Positions 12,380 to 26,170 of a stretch of 64,000 nt of DNA are shown piece after piece. The notes below the pieces were generated by a model. The model did no database searches, was not told where the DNA came from, and was given only the letters and a program-made list of their open reading frames with translations. Source of the stretch: Mobula hypostoma (taxonomy: Eukaryota); assembly GCF_963921235.1 (NCBI RefSeq), contig NC_086097.1:15810001-15874000 (forward strand), read 5' to 3'. Position numbers and translations under genes: made by a program. Position 1 is the first letter of the stretch. The number at the start of each line of letters is the position of its first letter.

Positions 12380-13608
12380 AAGACTCTATTGTTAAGGATG
12401 AGGTTTTGAGGTACTTGGAGAATGATGATAAAATAAGTCAAAGTTACCATGGTGTCTGTAAAGGGAAATCTTGCCTGACAAATCTGTTGGAGTTCTTCGA
12501 GGAAGTAACAAGCAGGGTGGACAAAAAGAGTCAGTGGATGTCATTCACTTGGATTTTCAGAAGGCATTTGATAAGGTGCCATACATGAGGCTGCTTAACA
12601 AGATGGCGTTACAGGAAAGGTACTGGCATGGATAGCAGAATGGCTGACAGGCAGGAGGCAGCGTGGGAATAAAAAGGTCCTTTTCTGGTTGGCTGCCAGT
12701 GTCTAGTGATGTTCCTCAGGGGTCAGTATTGGGACCACTGCTTTTCACATTGTTTGCCAATGATTTAGATAATAGAAGCAATGGCTTTGTAGCAAAGTTT
12801 GCAGATAATACATAGATAGGTGGAGGGGTAGGTAGTGCTGAGGAAGCAACGCAATTGCAGCAGAACTTTAGACAAATTGGGAGAAAGAGCAAAAAGGTGG
12901 CAGATGCAAGACTCCCAGAAGGTTAATTTACAGGTTGAGTTTGTGGTAAAGAAGGCAAGCACAATGTTGGCATTTATTTCAAGGGGAATAGAATATAAAT
13001 GCAAGGAGATAATGCTGAGGCTTTATAAGACACTAGTCAGGCTGCACTTGGAGTAATGTCAACAGTTTTGGGCTCCATATCTCAAAAAGGATGTGTTGTC
13101 ATTGGAGAGAGTCCAGAGGAGGTTCACAAAGGTTATTCTGGGAACGAAGGGGTTAACATATGAGGAGCATTTGGCAGCTTTGGGCCTGTACTCACTGGAA
13201 TTTAAAAGAATGTGGAGGGAGGGAAGGTCTCATTGAAACCTACCAAATGTTGAAAGGACTAGATAGAGTGGCTGTGGAGAGGATGTTTTCTATGGTGGGG
13301 ATACCCAGAACTAGAGGGCACAACCTCAAAATTGAGGGCAACCCTTTAGAACAGAGGTAAGGAGGAATATTTTTAGCCAGAGAGTAGTAAAAATGTGGAA
13401 TGCTCTGCTACAGACTGCTGCGGAGGCCAAGTCCGTAGGTATATTTAAGGCAGAAGGTTATATTTTCGTGACTGGTCAGAGCATCAAAGGATATGACGAG
13501 AAGGAAGGCGTATGGTGTTGAGTGGGATCTGGGATCAATCATGATGGAATGGCAGAGCAGACTCATTGGGCTAAATGTCCTAATTCTGCTCCTATGTCTT
13601 ATGGTCTA
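12380..13608 (+). mobile_element. CR1-type LINE fragment (RT to 3' tail) nested in older minus-strand CR1 pieces
   Basis: GKSCLTNLLEFFEEVT, VPQGSVLGP, LYKTLVRLHLE; tail cctaattctgctcctatgtcttatggtct. Confidence 0.9.
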
Positions 13609-13964
13609 ACCAAAGTTGGTCCAGCCTCTCTTTATAGCACATGCCCTCTAATCCAGGCAGCATCCTGATAAGCCTCTTCTGTACCCTCTCCAAAGCCTCG
13701 ACATCCTTCCTGTAATGGGATGAACAGTACTGAATGCTGTACTCCAGATGAAGATACAGGGGTTCCCAACCTGACCAACTGTCTTTTAAATGCTGTTAAA
13801 GTAGCTGCCCTAGCTATTCCCTCTGTATGAATTGCCCATCAGGCCCCTTTACATCTTTCCGCTCTCACCTTAGACCTATGTCCCCTAGGTTCAGTCTCCA
13901 CTTGCTCTGGGAAAAAAAAAATTGTACATTCACCCTACCTATGCCCTTTATGATTTTATAAAGT

Positions 13965-14608
13965 TGTAGTTATAAAGAAGGCAAGACAGCGGCTATACTT
14001 TATTAGGAGTTTGAAGAGATTTGGCATATCAATAAATACACCCAAAAACTTCTATAGTTGTACCATGGAGAGCATTCTGACAGGCTGCATCACTGTCTGG
14101 TATGGAGGGGCTACTGCACAGGACCAAAAGAAGCTGTAGGAGTTGTAAATCTAGTCAGCTCCACCTTGGGCACTAGCCTACAGAGTACGTAGGACACCTT
14201 TAGGGAGGGGTGTCTCAGAAAGGCAGCGTCCATTATTAAGGACTTCCAGCACCCAGGGCATGCCCTTTTCTCACTGTTACCATCAGGTAGGAGGTACAGA
14301 AGCCTGAAGGCACACACTCAGCGATTCAGGAACAGCTTCTTCCCCTCTGCCATCTGATTCCTAAATGGACATTGACTCTTTGGACACTACCTCACTTTTT
14401 AAAAAAAAATATATAGTATTTCTGTTTTTGCACTTTTAAAAATCTATTCAACCTACATAATTGATTTACTTGTTTACTTATTAATATTTTTATTTTAATT
14501 ATTTATTTTTTCTCTCTGGTAGATTATGTTTTGCATTGAACTGCTGCTGCTAAGTTAACAAATTTCACATCATGTGCCGGTTATAATAAACCGATTCTGA
14601 TTCTGATT
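13965..14608 (+). mobile_element. Rex1-like LINE 3' fragment
   Basis: KKARQRLYFIRSLKRFG, ESILTGCITVWYG; (ttctga)n tail. Confidence 0.85.
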
Positions 14609-15534
14609 ATACATCAGTCTCCTGCACTCTGAGGACCAAAGTATCAAGAATCAACTGTACAGGTATTCGCCATATATATTTACAAGCATTAGGAATTGCC
14701 ATGGTGTGTTGGTGCAACATGCAACAAAAACAACAATAATCAACAATTACAAAGAATAGATAATAATACGGAAAAATGAATTTAGAGGTTAAAGTACAGA
14801 TATGGAACAAAATGTGCATAAATACATGAATGGCAGCATGTATTTACAATGTAAACAGCATTATGAAAAGTAGTTTAAATTGCTTACTGTGCATTGCAGT
14901 GACTGAGGTAATAGATGGGGGGGAGGTGGCTGAAAGAATGCTTGATCAGGTTAACCGTCACGAGGAAGAAACTTTTAAGGTGGCTTGATGTTTTTGTTTT
15001 CCAGAAGGGAGCTTTAAGAAGAGACAGTTTGCTGGGCAGATCACGTCTGCAATGATTTTTCCTACCTGCTACTTTGTCCTGGACGCATTCATATCCTGCA
15101 GCGATGGTAGCCTGAAGCCAAAGTGTTCCCCAATCTCTCCCTATAACTCAACATCTCGGGTTCTGGCGATGTTCTTGTAAATCTTTGCACTTTTGCCTAT
15201 AATAGGTCAACCAAAACTGTACACAATATTGCAGGTGTTGTACAACTGCAACATTACATCCCAACTTCTGTACTCAATGTACGCTGGAGGAACCTTGAGT
15301 TCCCCCAGCGTGTTATGAGTGTTGCTTTGACCCCAGCATCTACAGAGTATTTTATGTTTCTGTACTCAATGCCCTGACTGATGAAGATCAGCATGCCGGA
15401 TGCCTTCTTCACCACCCTGCCTACCTGTGGTGCCACTTTCACAGCACCGTGTATTGTGCTCCCAGGTCTGTTTGTTCTCCTACACAACCCAGGGCCCTAC
15501 CATTCATTATGAAATCCCTACCCTCGTTTATGGG

Positions 15535-15875
15535 GTGGTGGAGTGAAGATACATCTCTACTAAGGTGCTCCTTCCTGCTGCTAGCCTGCAGGTCGCCCTT
15601 GGACAAGGTGTAGCCCTTGCTTAGCTCCCTCCCCTGCCCCCCCCCATCAGGGTCAGGAGAAGCCACAGGAACATGTGGTAAAGGGTCATATGAGCAGTTG
15701 GTGCATATCACATGTCCATGTCCTGGTTATGCAAACACTGACACCAGGCAGACAATCTTTGAAAAGCATTGGTAATGGCTGGGGTCACCCATCTTGTAGA
15801 AACATTGCCCAGAACAAAGCAATGGCAAACTACTTCTGCAGAAAAATTTGCCAAAAGCAATCATGGTCATGGACC
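15535..15875 (+). mobile_element. RTE-tail retroposon (copy 2)
   Basis: Collinear with 7325-7694. Confidence 0.7.
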
Positions 15876-16589
15876 GCCAAAGAATCAGATTGGCTAGTCC
15901 ATTTTCCTGCCATGTTCCATCTTTGAAATCTGCCTAAACTAGAGTACCCATGGAAGACCCACACAGTCAATGGGAGAACATGCAAACTCCACACGGACAG
16001 CACCTGAGAGGATCACACTGGAGTCAATCGAACTGTGAGGCAGCAACTCTATCTATTGTGCCATTTATTATGCTCTGATGGAAAATACTAATAGAAAAGT
16101 TTTTTTTTAATATAAACTAGCTCCGAATTCAGTATTCACGGTGCTTTGCAATTATATATTTTTTTAAATAATGACATTTACTGCGCAAATGAATAAGATA
16201 TTTGGAGGCCCAAGTTGTAGATGTTGGAAATCTGGGCAACACGCACTAAATGCTGGAGACACTCAGCAGGTCAGGCGGCATCTCTGAAGGTAAATCCACA
16301 GGGCCAGTGATCGAAGGGTCTTGGCGCAAAATGCCGACTGATGATTTCTCTCCACAGATGCTGTCTGAGCCGCTGAGTTCCTCCAGCCGTTTGTGCGCGT
16401 TGCACAAAATACTTGCTGGAGATTGTCGACATTAATTTGAAAGGTTGGGCCATCTATTTTTCATTTGCTTGCAAATTAGAAAGTATATAAATTGGATATG
16501 TTGGCTGAGTTGTCTATCAAAATGATTATTTTGATATTTATGGGTCGCAAGTTTGCAAAGCGGCAGTGTCTGGCACTAGAAGGGTTAAT

Positions 16590-16946
16590 AGGTCCGCGGT
16601 ACGTAACTACGAGGAGCTTTAGGACCCAGCGGGCTCCTTTATTCTGTCGCCGATGAGACGAAGATTACCAGTTGTCGTAAGGAGTGTGTAAATTGCTGAA
16701 CTCCGGGAGGAGGAATGAGGCCCGGCAAAGGAACGGTCACCGGGGTGCCGGAATGGGGAAGAGGACCAGGTCTGTGATTGCAGCTTCCACATAACGGCTG
16801 CCCGTACCGGAAAGCGAGACAAATCTAAACTCCTACAGGATCTGGGGAAGCTGACCTGAAAAGTTTAACGACCCTCCTCCCAAGTTTAAAATCTTGATCA
16901 TCAAAGCAACTGTACATTGTTTCAAAGGCAGTCTTCGTGGAGCCAG
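16590..16946 (+). promoter_or_regulatory. CpG-rich patch; candidate promoter and non-coding first exon of the TC2N-like gene
   Basis: About 18 CpGs in 16591-16820, in sequence not resembling the surrounding repeats, against a CpG-depleted background. Ends at a good donor CAG|GTTAGT (16947); a second donor-like AAG|GTACGT lies near 17059. Confidence 0.4.
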
Positions 16947-17419
16947 GTTAGTGTCCACCTGTGCCTGTGACCGGTATGAAAGAGTGTGTGTGTGATTGAT
17001 TCCCACTGAACGTACAGAACATTCCGGGACTTGGACAAGTTCGACCGACCAGCATAAGGTACGTCTCCTAGTTCAGTGCAGCAAACTAGCTCTCTCATAA
17101 CTTCTCTTAAAAGTGGTCGTCTTGTAGCTTTTGTCGGGGAGGACCCAGACCGGCATCTTCTCTCAAATGTTTCTCTGCGACCTGCTGAGTTCCTCCAGCG
17201 TGTTGTGAGTGTTGCTTTCTCTGAGAACTTCCTTAGTTTATTTCTAGTTTTAAAAGTTGGTCCCCTTGTTGTGGGATTGAAGATTCAAGTGTAAAGTGTA
17301 AATCAATGCGGGGGAAATTAAAAATCAAAGCAGAATATGGTGATAATACAGTGTTGTTAGGCAGCACCTGCTGGGACCAAACTAGAATTTTAAGCGAGCT
17401 CACGGTTAGATTTGAGAAT

Positions 17420-17800
17420 CGGGGTTATAGGGAAGGGTTGAATAGGTTAGGACTTTATTTCCTGGAGAGTAGGAGATGAGGGGAGATTTGTTAGAGGTAT
17501 ATAGAATGATGAGGGGCAAATCAAGCAGGTTCCCCCCCCCCACTGAGGTAGGGTGAGACTAGAACTAGGGTTAAGGGTAAAAGGAGAAATGTTTAAGGGG
17601 AACATGAGGGGTTCAGAGGGTGGTGAATTTGTGGAACCAGCAACCAGTGGAAGTGGTGTTGTGGGTGCATCTGTAACGTCTAAGAGAAGTTTGGGAGGGG
17701 TGTGGTCCAGGTGGTAGTCATGGGGACGAGGTTGAATTATAGTTTGGTGCAGACTGGATGGGCCAAAGGGCCTGTTTGTGTGCTGTCTACTCTGTGACTA
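17420..17800 (+). mobile_element. CR1 3' fragment
   Basis: ggttgaataggttaggactttatt..gggagatttg, gggccaaagggcctgttt tail. Confidence 0.75.
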
Positions 17801-19719
17801 ATTCAGCTTGGCATCTCCATACCTGGTGCCTGCTGACATTTGGTGTCAGCCCTGATGAATCACGAGAGTATCCCTTTGGGGGGTGTTGGTGTCCCCATTT
17901 TTGCAATGATCATGCCATATTGCTGAACAAGTTCATCCAGGTACTTGGTACCAGTTGTACCCATGGGCCAAATGTTTCAAAGTGTATAGAACAAAACTAA
18001 GTTCCTTTTCTGGGGAGAGAAGGGTGAGATTAATATTTTAGGGATGTCATGCTGGTGAATCCTCCCAGGCAGCCGTGTGTATGAAAGGACCAGGTACGTT
18101 GGTTTATTATTGTCACATGCACTGAAGATCTTTGTCTTGCATGCCATGCATACATATCATATCACCACCTTAGTGCTTTGAGAAAGCGCAAAGGAAAGCA
18201 ACAACAGAATGCAGAATCGGGTGTTACCAGTTAACGTAAGGCACAGCTGAAGGCGATAGTAAGGTGAAAGGTCATAATGAGGTAGCTGGAGCCCATCTCA
18301 CAATACAGGGAACGTTTCAATACTCTTGTGTCTGAAAGCTCTCCTTGAGCCTGGCAGTATGCACTTTCAGGGTTTTGTATATTCTGTCACTAGCAGGGGG
18401 AGAGGGAGAGGAGAGAATGTCTGGGGGGGGCGGCGGGGGTCTTTGATTAAGCTGGCTGTGAGAAGTGGGAAGCAGTAATGTGCTGAGCTGTGTTCTCAAC
18501 TCTACAGTGTCTTGTGTTCATAAGACATGGGAGCAGAATTAGGCCATTTGGCCCATAAAGTCTGCTCCATCCATGGAGGGTTAATTTATTATCCCTCCAC
18601 TTCATTCTCCTGCCTTCTCTCCATTAATGAGTAGCTAATGGTCGTGAGCAGGTAATATTCTACTCTGCCGGGCAAAGGTATAGCTCTCGAGTCTTCATTG
18701 TTCCCCAGTGCTGCTGGTTTGTACACTGTACGTCTTTTGTCCTGGCTGCCTGCAGGGGGGTGTTGGTTCCACGTTAACGGAACATTCCCTTGCTGCTGGT
18801 TGCCTGGGTGAATGCTTCCCCAAACTCTGCAACAGTCAATAGGAGTTTTCATTAGCCCGGAAAGCCAGCCTAATTCACAGTGAAGAAAAGGAGGCCCTCG
18901 CTGAGATTAGCCTATCAGTAGCAGCAATAACTCTGTGTAGGATATTTCTCAAATACTTCATTAAGTGTTGGAGAGAGGAGCTGGGTGTTCAGTGAGAGGC
19001 AAGGGGCGGGGGGGGGGGAGATAGTGGGGTCAGGGTGAAATTCTGAGGAAACTTTAAATATAGGGGCAAGAGATGTGACCAGACAGAAGTAGGGGGTTGT
19101 ATGAAGGTGATGGTAGAATAAAAAGATGCATTGACTAGATAAGAGATTGACATACAATATTTGCTGTGTGTTAAGCCAAATTACTACAATTATTAAGTCT
19201 GGTTGAAACAGACTTTGTTACAGTTGTGCATAATTTGGTCTCCTTGTGTTTTTTTAAAAAAGATTAACTACAGAAGGAGTGCAGGCTGAGTAGGCTGTAG
19301 AGTTTAGTAGGCTGAAAGGGCATTTCACAGATTTCCTCACGTGTCACTTTAAGTAAAATAGTTTAACCTGAGGTTTTGTGTGTGTGTGCGTCTTCTGCCC
19401 CTTCCCATGATTATTAAAAATGCTCACATGACCCTTCCAAAAGCAGTCAACTGCACACAATAATAATTTCAGTTGTTATGTAGTGGACAAGTAGTTTTTA
19501 AGGCTTCGAGTGGTTGCCACTCCACTGTGAGTTACTGCCAACTAAAGCAGTATTTGACTGAGTGGATGGGGGAAAAGGCCTCTGTTACTCCTAATGTACA
19601 GTCTGATTTTTCCCCCTCTCCAGTTAGATGTATTAGTAATGTCATTGAAAGCAGGTGGTTCTTAACCTAAGAAAACCTGATTATAAATATCTCAACTTCA
19701 ATTTCTGCAACAATTTCTT

Positions 19720-20150
19720 CAACTTCCAGGAATTTATTCCCCTCCCCTTCCCTCTTTCTCAATTCCCCACTCCAGCCTTCTTATCACTTCTCCTTGCCTG
19801 ATTATCACTTTCCCGGTGCTCTTCTTCTTCCCTGCCTCTCGTGTTCTGCTCTCCTATCATATTCCTTCTCCAGTCCTTTACCTTTTCCACCTGTCCACCA
19901 CCCAGCTTCTTAGATCAACCCCCCCCTTCCCCACCCATCTGGCTTCACCTATCACCTTCTAGCTTGTTTTCCTTCCCCTCCCCTCACTTATTCTGTCTTC
20001 TTCCCTCTTCCTTTCCACTCCTGATGAAGGGTTCAGCCCAAAATGTCAACTGTTTATTCCCCACTGTAGACGCTCTCTGACCTGCTGAGTTCCTCCAGCA
20101 CTTTGTGCGTTACTCTGGGTTTCCAGCGTCTGCAGAATCTTTTATGTCTA
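19720..20150 (+). mobile_element. Penelope-like element 3' region, decayed
   Basis: Pyrimidine-rich tract, cctgatgaagggt degenerate hammerhead, gacctgctgagttcctccagca...tctgcagaatct. Confidence 0.75.
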
Positions 20151-21102
20151 TAAAATGTCAGTCTTCTTCCCTTGTATTTTCCATAATCATGGCAAGTTTA
20201 ATCACTAACATGATTAGTAATATCTCTGCTGGCAAAAAAAAATAGTGGTAGTTGTATTAACGTTGTACATTGTCCCAGAATTTGCTGGAGAAATGGCAAC
20301 AAATTATTGTGATGTATATTTTAAAAACAAAATGCCAGCAAACTGCGATGGACCAGTATTGCTACAAATGACTAATTGTTGGAAATAGTGACGTTCCTCT
20401 CCTCACAAATTCAGGATCACATTTTTGATTTCAGGGGGATCATGGACTTCTTGCATTTGCGCTCTTGAAGCAAACTGTATCCAATGCGAAAAGGGTGGCA
20501 CGGTAGAGTGCTATTACAGTGCCAGAGATCACCATTTGGGGTTCAATTCCCACCACTTTGTGTGACCGTGTGGGTTTCCTCTGGGTGCTCCAGTCAGGAC
20601 GTATGGTTAGGGTTAGTAAGCTGCGGTCATTAATGACAATCTGATAGTTTTATTTCAGTTCCACTTTAAAAAAGAAAAGAATTTAGTTCCAGTGCAGCTA
20701 CTATCGGATTTGAATTTTTGCAAATGTACTCCACATTGAAAGCCATGGAACACTGTGCCATTGTGTTTCTAAGCAGGGCGACACTTGCCGACTGCGCAGC
20801 ACGATCCTCACTGATTCGATCTGACACAAAACAACTCATTTCACTGTATGTTTCGATGTCCCTGTGACAAACAAAGCTAATTTCCGAATGTTCTTCTTCT
20901 ATAAATGTACTTACTGACTGCCTGTTATGCCCGCTGGCGCTTAGGTCAGCAATGAAGGTCCTCTATCTCTGTCTTTCAATACTGTCGCACACAGATGTAG
21001 CAGGATTCTTTATTGCTGTTTCCTTAACTGATTTGTTTGACCAGTCAGGGTACTTAGCCCTGAGCCCCTTCTATAAAGGTTAGCATTTAATTGCATAGGA
21101 AG

Positions 21103-21913
21103 TTCAAAGGTTCAAAGGTCGAATTTAATGTCAGAAATGTATACAATATACATCCTGAAATGTATTGTCTTCGCAAACATCCACGAAAACAGAGAAGCTC
21201 CCCAATAATGAACGACATTTAAACGTAAAAGCCCCAAAGTCCCTCCCCAGTTCCCCCCTTCTGCGCGTAAGCGGTAGTAACCTCCCCCCACCAGCAAAAA
21301 AAAAGCAGATCAGTACCGTCACCGAGCCCAAGTGTGTGCTAAGCAATAGCAAAGACACAGATGACAGCTACCCCAAAGGCTTCACATTTCATCCGACATT
21401 CGACAAACCACAGGTTCTCTCTCTCTACCTGGCAAGAGAGAGGGAGGTGTCCCCCATTTTCACAGCGAACGGGAGACGTAACAACAACCCGCTGGTTTAC
21501 GATGTTGAAAGTCTGTTTCATCGCTTTTTCCGAGCTCTGTGTCCAAAGATCGCAGAGAGATCAGGTCTTTGGGCCCACGGCGGAAGATTTTCCGATCTCC
21601 GCGTCGACACACGGGTCTCCTGCCGTGACATTGACTCTCGATCCGCCCGTCTCCAGAGCCCTAAGATCTTAGGCTTCCAAACACGAGTGAGACTCTCAGG
21701 CAAAACCCTTGGCATGTCGAATAGCGACCAGTCATGGAACCCGGAGAACTGGTCCCGTTCCCACAAAGAACCGAAGCCTGCGTGTAACTCCAGGTCAGGG
21801 TCTTCAAAAGAACACTGGAAGGGAAAAATAAAGATAATAAAGGTGGAAATAAAGCTGTTTCTGAAGATGCAAGGAAAGGAGTCGCCGTTAGGTACCATCA
21901 TCCCTCCTAAGCT
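21103..21913 (-). mobile_element. About 810-bp non-coding, CpG-rich LINE-derived non-autonomous element
   Basis: Minus-strand tail (gaaccttt)n preceded by a Rex1-like 3' UTR motif (ttcaggatgtatattgtatacatttctgacattaaa); related copy at 11355-12040. Confidence 0.7.
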
Positions 21914-22419
21914 CGTTTCGTTTAATAATCAGCGTTATGCACATTTAATGTGGATACTCAGAGAAAAAAAACAGGAATTGTGAAAACACACTCTGCACAC
22001 TTAAATAAAACCATCTTCTGCAAGTTTTCTTCCTTTTTTCCCCCATTCAATAAACTTTTCTTCACCTGTTGCACTTGCTTCTGTATCTAATTTGTGTAAT
22101 TCACCTGTTCCTTTCCTAGCCTTGAATTCCCCCCAAATAAGGAGGTGCACTATTAATCCCTTTGTTCATCATGGCCCCCACAGAAATGATTTAGATGCCA
22201 TTATCAATATTTTTATAGGAAGTATTTGTGAAGCAGAAGGGTGAAGGTGACAGGGGGATAGAATTGGAGTGTATCTGGGCAATTAAGAATCGCATGATGC
22301 AGCTTTTAATGGTGTGAAGCAAGCCTAATGAAAATAAATAAGTCAAACTCATGCATTCTAAGACAAGCAAAATCCTGTTGGAAATCTGAAATGAAAACAA
22401 AAGCATCCAGACCTTGTTT

Positions 22420-22825
22420 CCTTCTCACTGCTGACATCAGGAAGGAGGTACAGAAGGCTGCAGTCCCACACCTCCAGGTTCAGGAATGGTTATTACCCCT
22501 CAATCATCAGGGTCTTGAACCAGAGGGGGTATCTTATATCACCCCAACACTGAACTGATTCCTCAACCTATGGTCTCACTCTTAAGGACTCTACAGCTCC
22601 TGTTCTTGATAATTGTTGCATGTTATTTATTTATTTATCTTTTCTTTTTGTACTTGCATTGATCATTGTCTTTTGCACATTGGTCATTTGGCCGTCTCTG
22701 ACGTGTGCAGCTTTTCATTGATTCTATGGTATCTCTTTCTGCGAATGCTTGCAAGAAAATGAATCTCAGTGTTGTATATGGTGACATATGCGTACTTTGA
22801 TAATAAATTTGCTTTGAACTTTGAA
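22420..22825 (+). mobile_element. Rex1-like LINE 3' end
   Basis: catcaggaaggaggtacag..caggttcaggaa and 3' UTR ending tttgaactttgaa. Confidence 0.75.
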
Positions 22826-23161
22826 ACACCACAGGTAATCAACAGGACAGTCAGCATCTGTAGGGAGAGAAAACAATTGAAGTTCTGGCCAGCAGTCTCC
22901 CTAATTGCTTGCAATTAACTCAAGTATTGAGGCTGCTGTGCTCGTGGCATTTCATTGGCCATTGTCCCATGATGGAACAACCAATTGGTGACTTAATATA
23001 AATTAGTCTGAGTTAAAAATAATGAAGGAGAAATGCTGACAGTTAAAATCAGAAACCTACATGAAACTCATTTTATTTATTTTCTGAAGTATTAAAAAAG
23101 TGGAAATTATTTGTTTTTTGGACTTTAAACTATCCTTCATCTTATGACTGTGGTTGAAGAT

Positions 23162-23530
23162 TCATTCATTGGTTATGTGCGATGTCGTATGACGTGGGCG
23201 ATCGTGGTCTTTCCATGACCGTGATTGTTCTTGGCAATTTTTTCTACAGAAATGGGTTCACTATTGCTGGCTTCTGGGCAGTGTCTTTACAAGATGGGTG
23301 ACCCCAGCAATTATCAATACTCTTTGGAGACTGTCTGCCTGTCGTCAGTGGTCAAATAACCAAGGACTTGTGATATGCACCAGCTGCTGAGACAACCATC
23401 CTCCACTTGCTCCAATGGCTTCATGTGACCTTGACTGGGGACTAAGCAGGTGCTACGCCTTGCCCAAGGGTGACCTGCAGGCTCGCGGAGCAAAGGAGTG
23501 CCTTGTACCTCCTTTGTGTCTCCACCCCAC
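23162..23530 (-). mobile_element. RTE-tail retroposon (copy 3)
   Basis: Reverse complement of 7325-7694 family; (ttca)n tail. Confidence 0.75.
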
Positions 23531-24469
23531 CTCCAAAGATTAGCAAGGACATTAATGATGATAACTAAATAAATAACAAATTTAACTAGCTGTCTCTTGT
23601 CGTGGAGTCATCACAGCATTGGTGATTCTTGTGAGTCGATTTACAAAAAATCAATCCCATTGTGGTAGAAAAGGAAATAAGTTCATTTTAAAAAATTAAG
23701 TGGAACCGGAATGTTGAGTGGTGATGATAAAACGTTCAGAATGTCACTAAGTAACCCATCAGATTCACTGAAGTCCTTTAGGGAGGAAAAACTGCTGTTC
23801 TTAGTCAGTCTGACCTAAATATGACTGCAGACTCACGTCAATATGTTTGAACTTGAGTTCCTTACGAAACGGTCCAGTAAACTGCTCAATTCAAGGACAA
23901 TTAGGGATGGAGAATTAACAGTAGATTTGCCATGTCCTGTGAGTGAATAAAAAAAATTGCCTTTTGTTGTGGAAAGACTCATGTTAATGTGTTTTAAAAA
24001 GCATTCTACTGTAATGAAGATCTTCAATGATCTTGAAGAACTATTGTTTTTCCTAATTGCTCTTGAACTGAGTGGTTTGCTGGTACATTTCACAAGAGTC
24101 CAACTCCTGCTGGTGCCACTTTAGGAGTGGATTACTTCAATAGTTATCTCATAACCACAAGATTCTACAGGTGCTGGAAATCCAGAGAAACACACACAAA
24201 ATGCTGCAGGAACTCGGCAGCTCAGGCAGCATCTATGGAAATGAATTAACAGTCGACATTTTGGGCTGAGACTCTTCAACAGGTTTTCTTGTTCTTGAAA
24301 TCTGAAACTCAAGACATAGGGGCAGTTTCTTCCACAAACTCTGTAACCAATCACCTCTAACATTCCCTTCCTTGGTGGCGTTACCACATTGTACACATAC
24401 TTCTAACCCTGTTATTCTGCTATCATTGCATTAGTACTTTTTTAAATTAGACTGCTCCAGGTTACACCT

Positions 24470-24810
24470 CAATCAGAATCAAGTTTAATATCACTAACAT
24501 ACAGTATGTCTTCACATTTGTTTTGTGGCAGCATTACAGTGCAATAAATAACATATACTATGAACTACAATAAGAAAAATATATTTATGTACATTAATTA
24601 AGTAGTGAGGTAGTGTTCATGTGTTCAATGTCCATTCAGAAACCTGATGGCAGAGGGGCAGAAGCTGTTTCTACAATGTTAAGTGTGTATCTTCAGGCTT
24701 CTGTACCTCCTCCTTGATGGTAGCAATGAGAAGAGGGCATGTCCTGGGTGGTGGTGATCCTGAGTGATGGATGCTACCTTTTTGAGGTACCTTTTGAAGA
24801 TGTCCTCGAT
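24470..24810 (-). mobile_element. Rex1-like LINE 3' end
   Basis: Same family as 13965-14608 and 59975-60680, reverse strand. Confidence 0.7.
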
Positions 24811-25486
24811 CTTTGCACAGTTCTGCATTCACTGTTGTATTTCTTATTACCAGACTCTTTACTCTGTGAGCTACATGCAGACAAGGAATTTGAAGGCACC
24901 CTGTTGTATAAGACAATAATCTTAGTCAACGGTATTCGTATGTTTGTAGTACCAAATGTGATGGGTTGCTCCCACTCCAACTCAGTGCTTGTGCACGATC
25001 TTGATTATCTCACTGCTGTGAGGCCTCCAACAAATGGGCTATTTGAGGAACCAGGCCTCTGACTGTTACATCCTGAGGCACTACTCTGTTGGGATTCCTA
25101 CAAAAATAACATAGATTTTATTTTGACCATTTTTTACAATTTTAATTTTCCTATGCTTCTGCAAGTTAGAACATAAATACCCGGTAATGTAGATAAACTT
25201 AGGTAAGCTTACATATTTAATTGGATAGCAGGCCAATTCAAGTTAATGGTGCCACAATGGGTTTGCCAGCTATGGCTGGCATAATATTAAGAGGTCAGAT
25301 GTAGAATCTAAGCCTATAGGTTGGACACGAGGCCAGATGTGTGCCTATCTGACATCCAGAGAATTCCCTACAATAGCACATCTGATCTGTGAGGTAATAT
25401 TTAAGTCATTCCTCCAGCCTCTTAGCTACGAATGAGATTTTGCTCGCAAAAAATGCGCAGAACCATTATGTGGAGGAGTAATAAAT

Positions 25487-26170
25487 ATAAGATTCTGCAG
25501 ATGCTGGAAATCCAGAGTAACACAAAATACTGGAGGAACTTGGCAGGTCAGGCAGCATCTACAGAGAGCAATAAACAGTTGCCATTTTGGGCCGAGACCC
25601 TTCATTGGGACTGGAAAGAAAGGGGGGAAGAAGCCAGAATAAGGAGGTGAGGAGGTAGAAGGAGTACAAGATGGAAGGTGATAAGTGAAGCCGGCAAGAG
25701 GGAAGTTAGGTGGGAGTGTGGGTGAGGGAGAATGAAGTCACAAGTACTGAGGTGATTGGTGGAAGAGGTAAAGGGCTGAAGAAGAAGGAATCTGATTGGG
25801 GGGGGGAGTGGACCATGGAAGAAAGGAAAGGATAAGGGGATCCAGAGGGGGAGAGTAATAGGCAGATGAGGAGAAGAGTATAGAGGGGGAGGAGAAATTA
25901 CCGGAAGTTGGAGAAACCGATGTTCATGCCGTAAGTTTGGAGGCTACCCAAACAGAATATGAGGTGTTGCTCCTCCAAACTGAAAGTAGCCTCATTATGC
26001 CAGTAGAGGAGGTCATGTTGGAATGGGAATGGAGAATGGAAATAAAATGGTTGGCCACCGGGAAATCCTCCCAGTTGCCAATGGAGCAAAGTTGCTGGAC
26101 AAATTGGTCCCCCAGTCTGTGGAGGACAGTGGACATTTGATGTTTCAGGTCGAGACCTTTCATCAGTCCA
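25487..26170 (-). mobile_element. Penelope-like element, decayed, with GIY-YIG C-terminal remnant
   Basis: LEEQHLIFCLGSLQTYGMNIGFSNFR in ORF 25898-26236(-); terminal repeat gattctgcagatgctggaaatcc. Confidence 0.85.

Noticed and set aside
1..16500. Exons of a neighbouring gene upstream of TC2N
   Set aside because: No ORF or splice-bounded segment with recognisable protein similarity was found by eye; short exons could have been missed.
21165..21983. 272-aa ORF
   Set aside because: Lies antisense within a dispersed repeat, has no recognisable domain, and is not preserved in the related copy at 11.4-12.0 kb.
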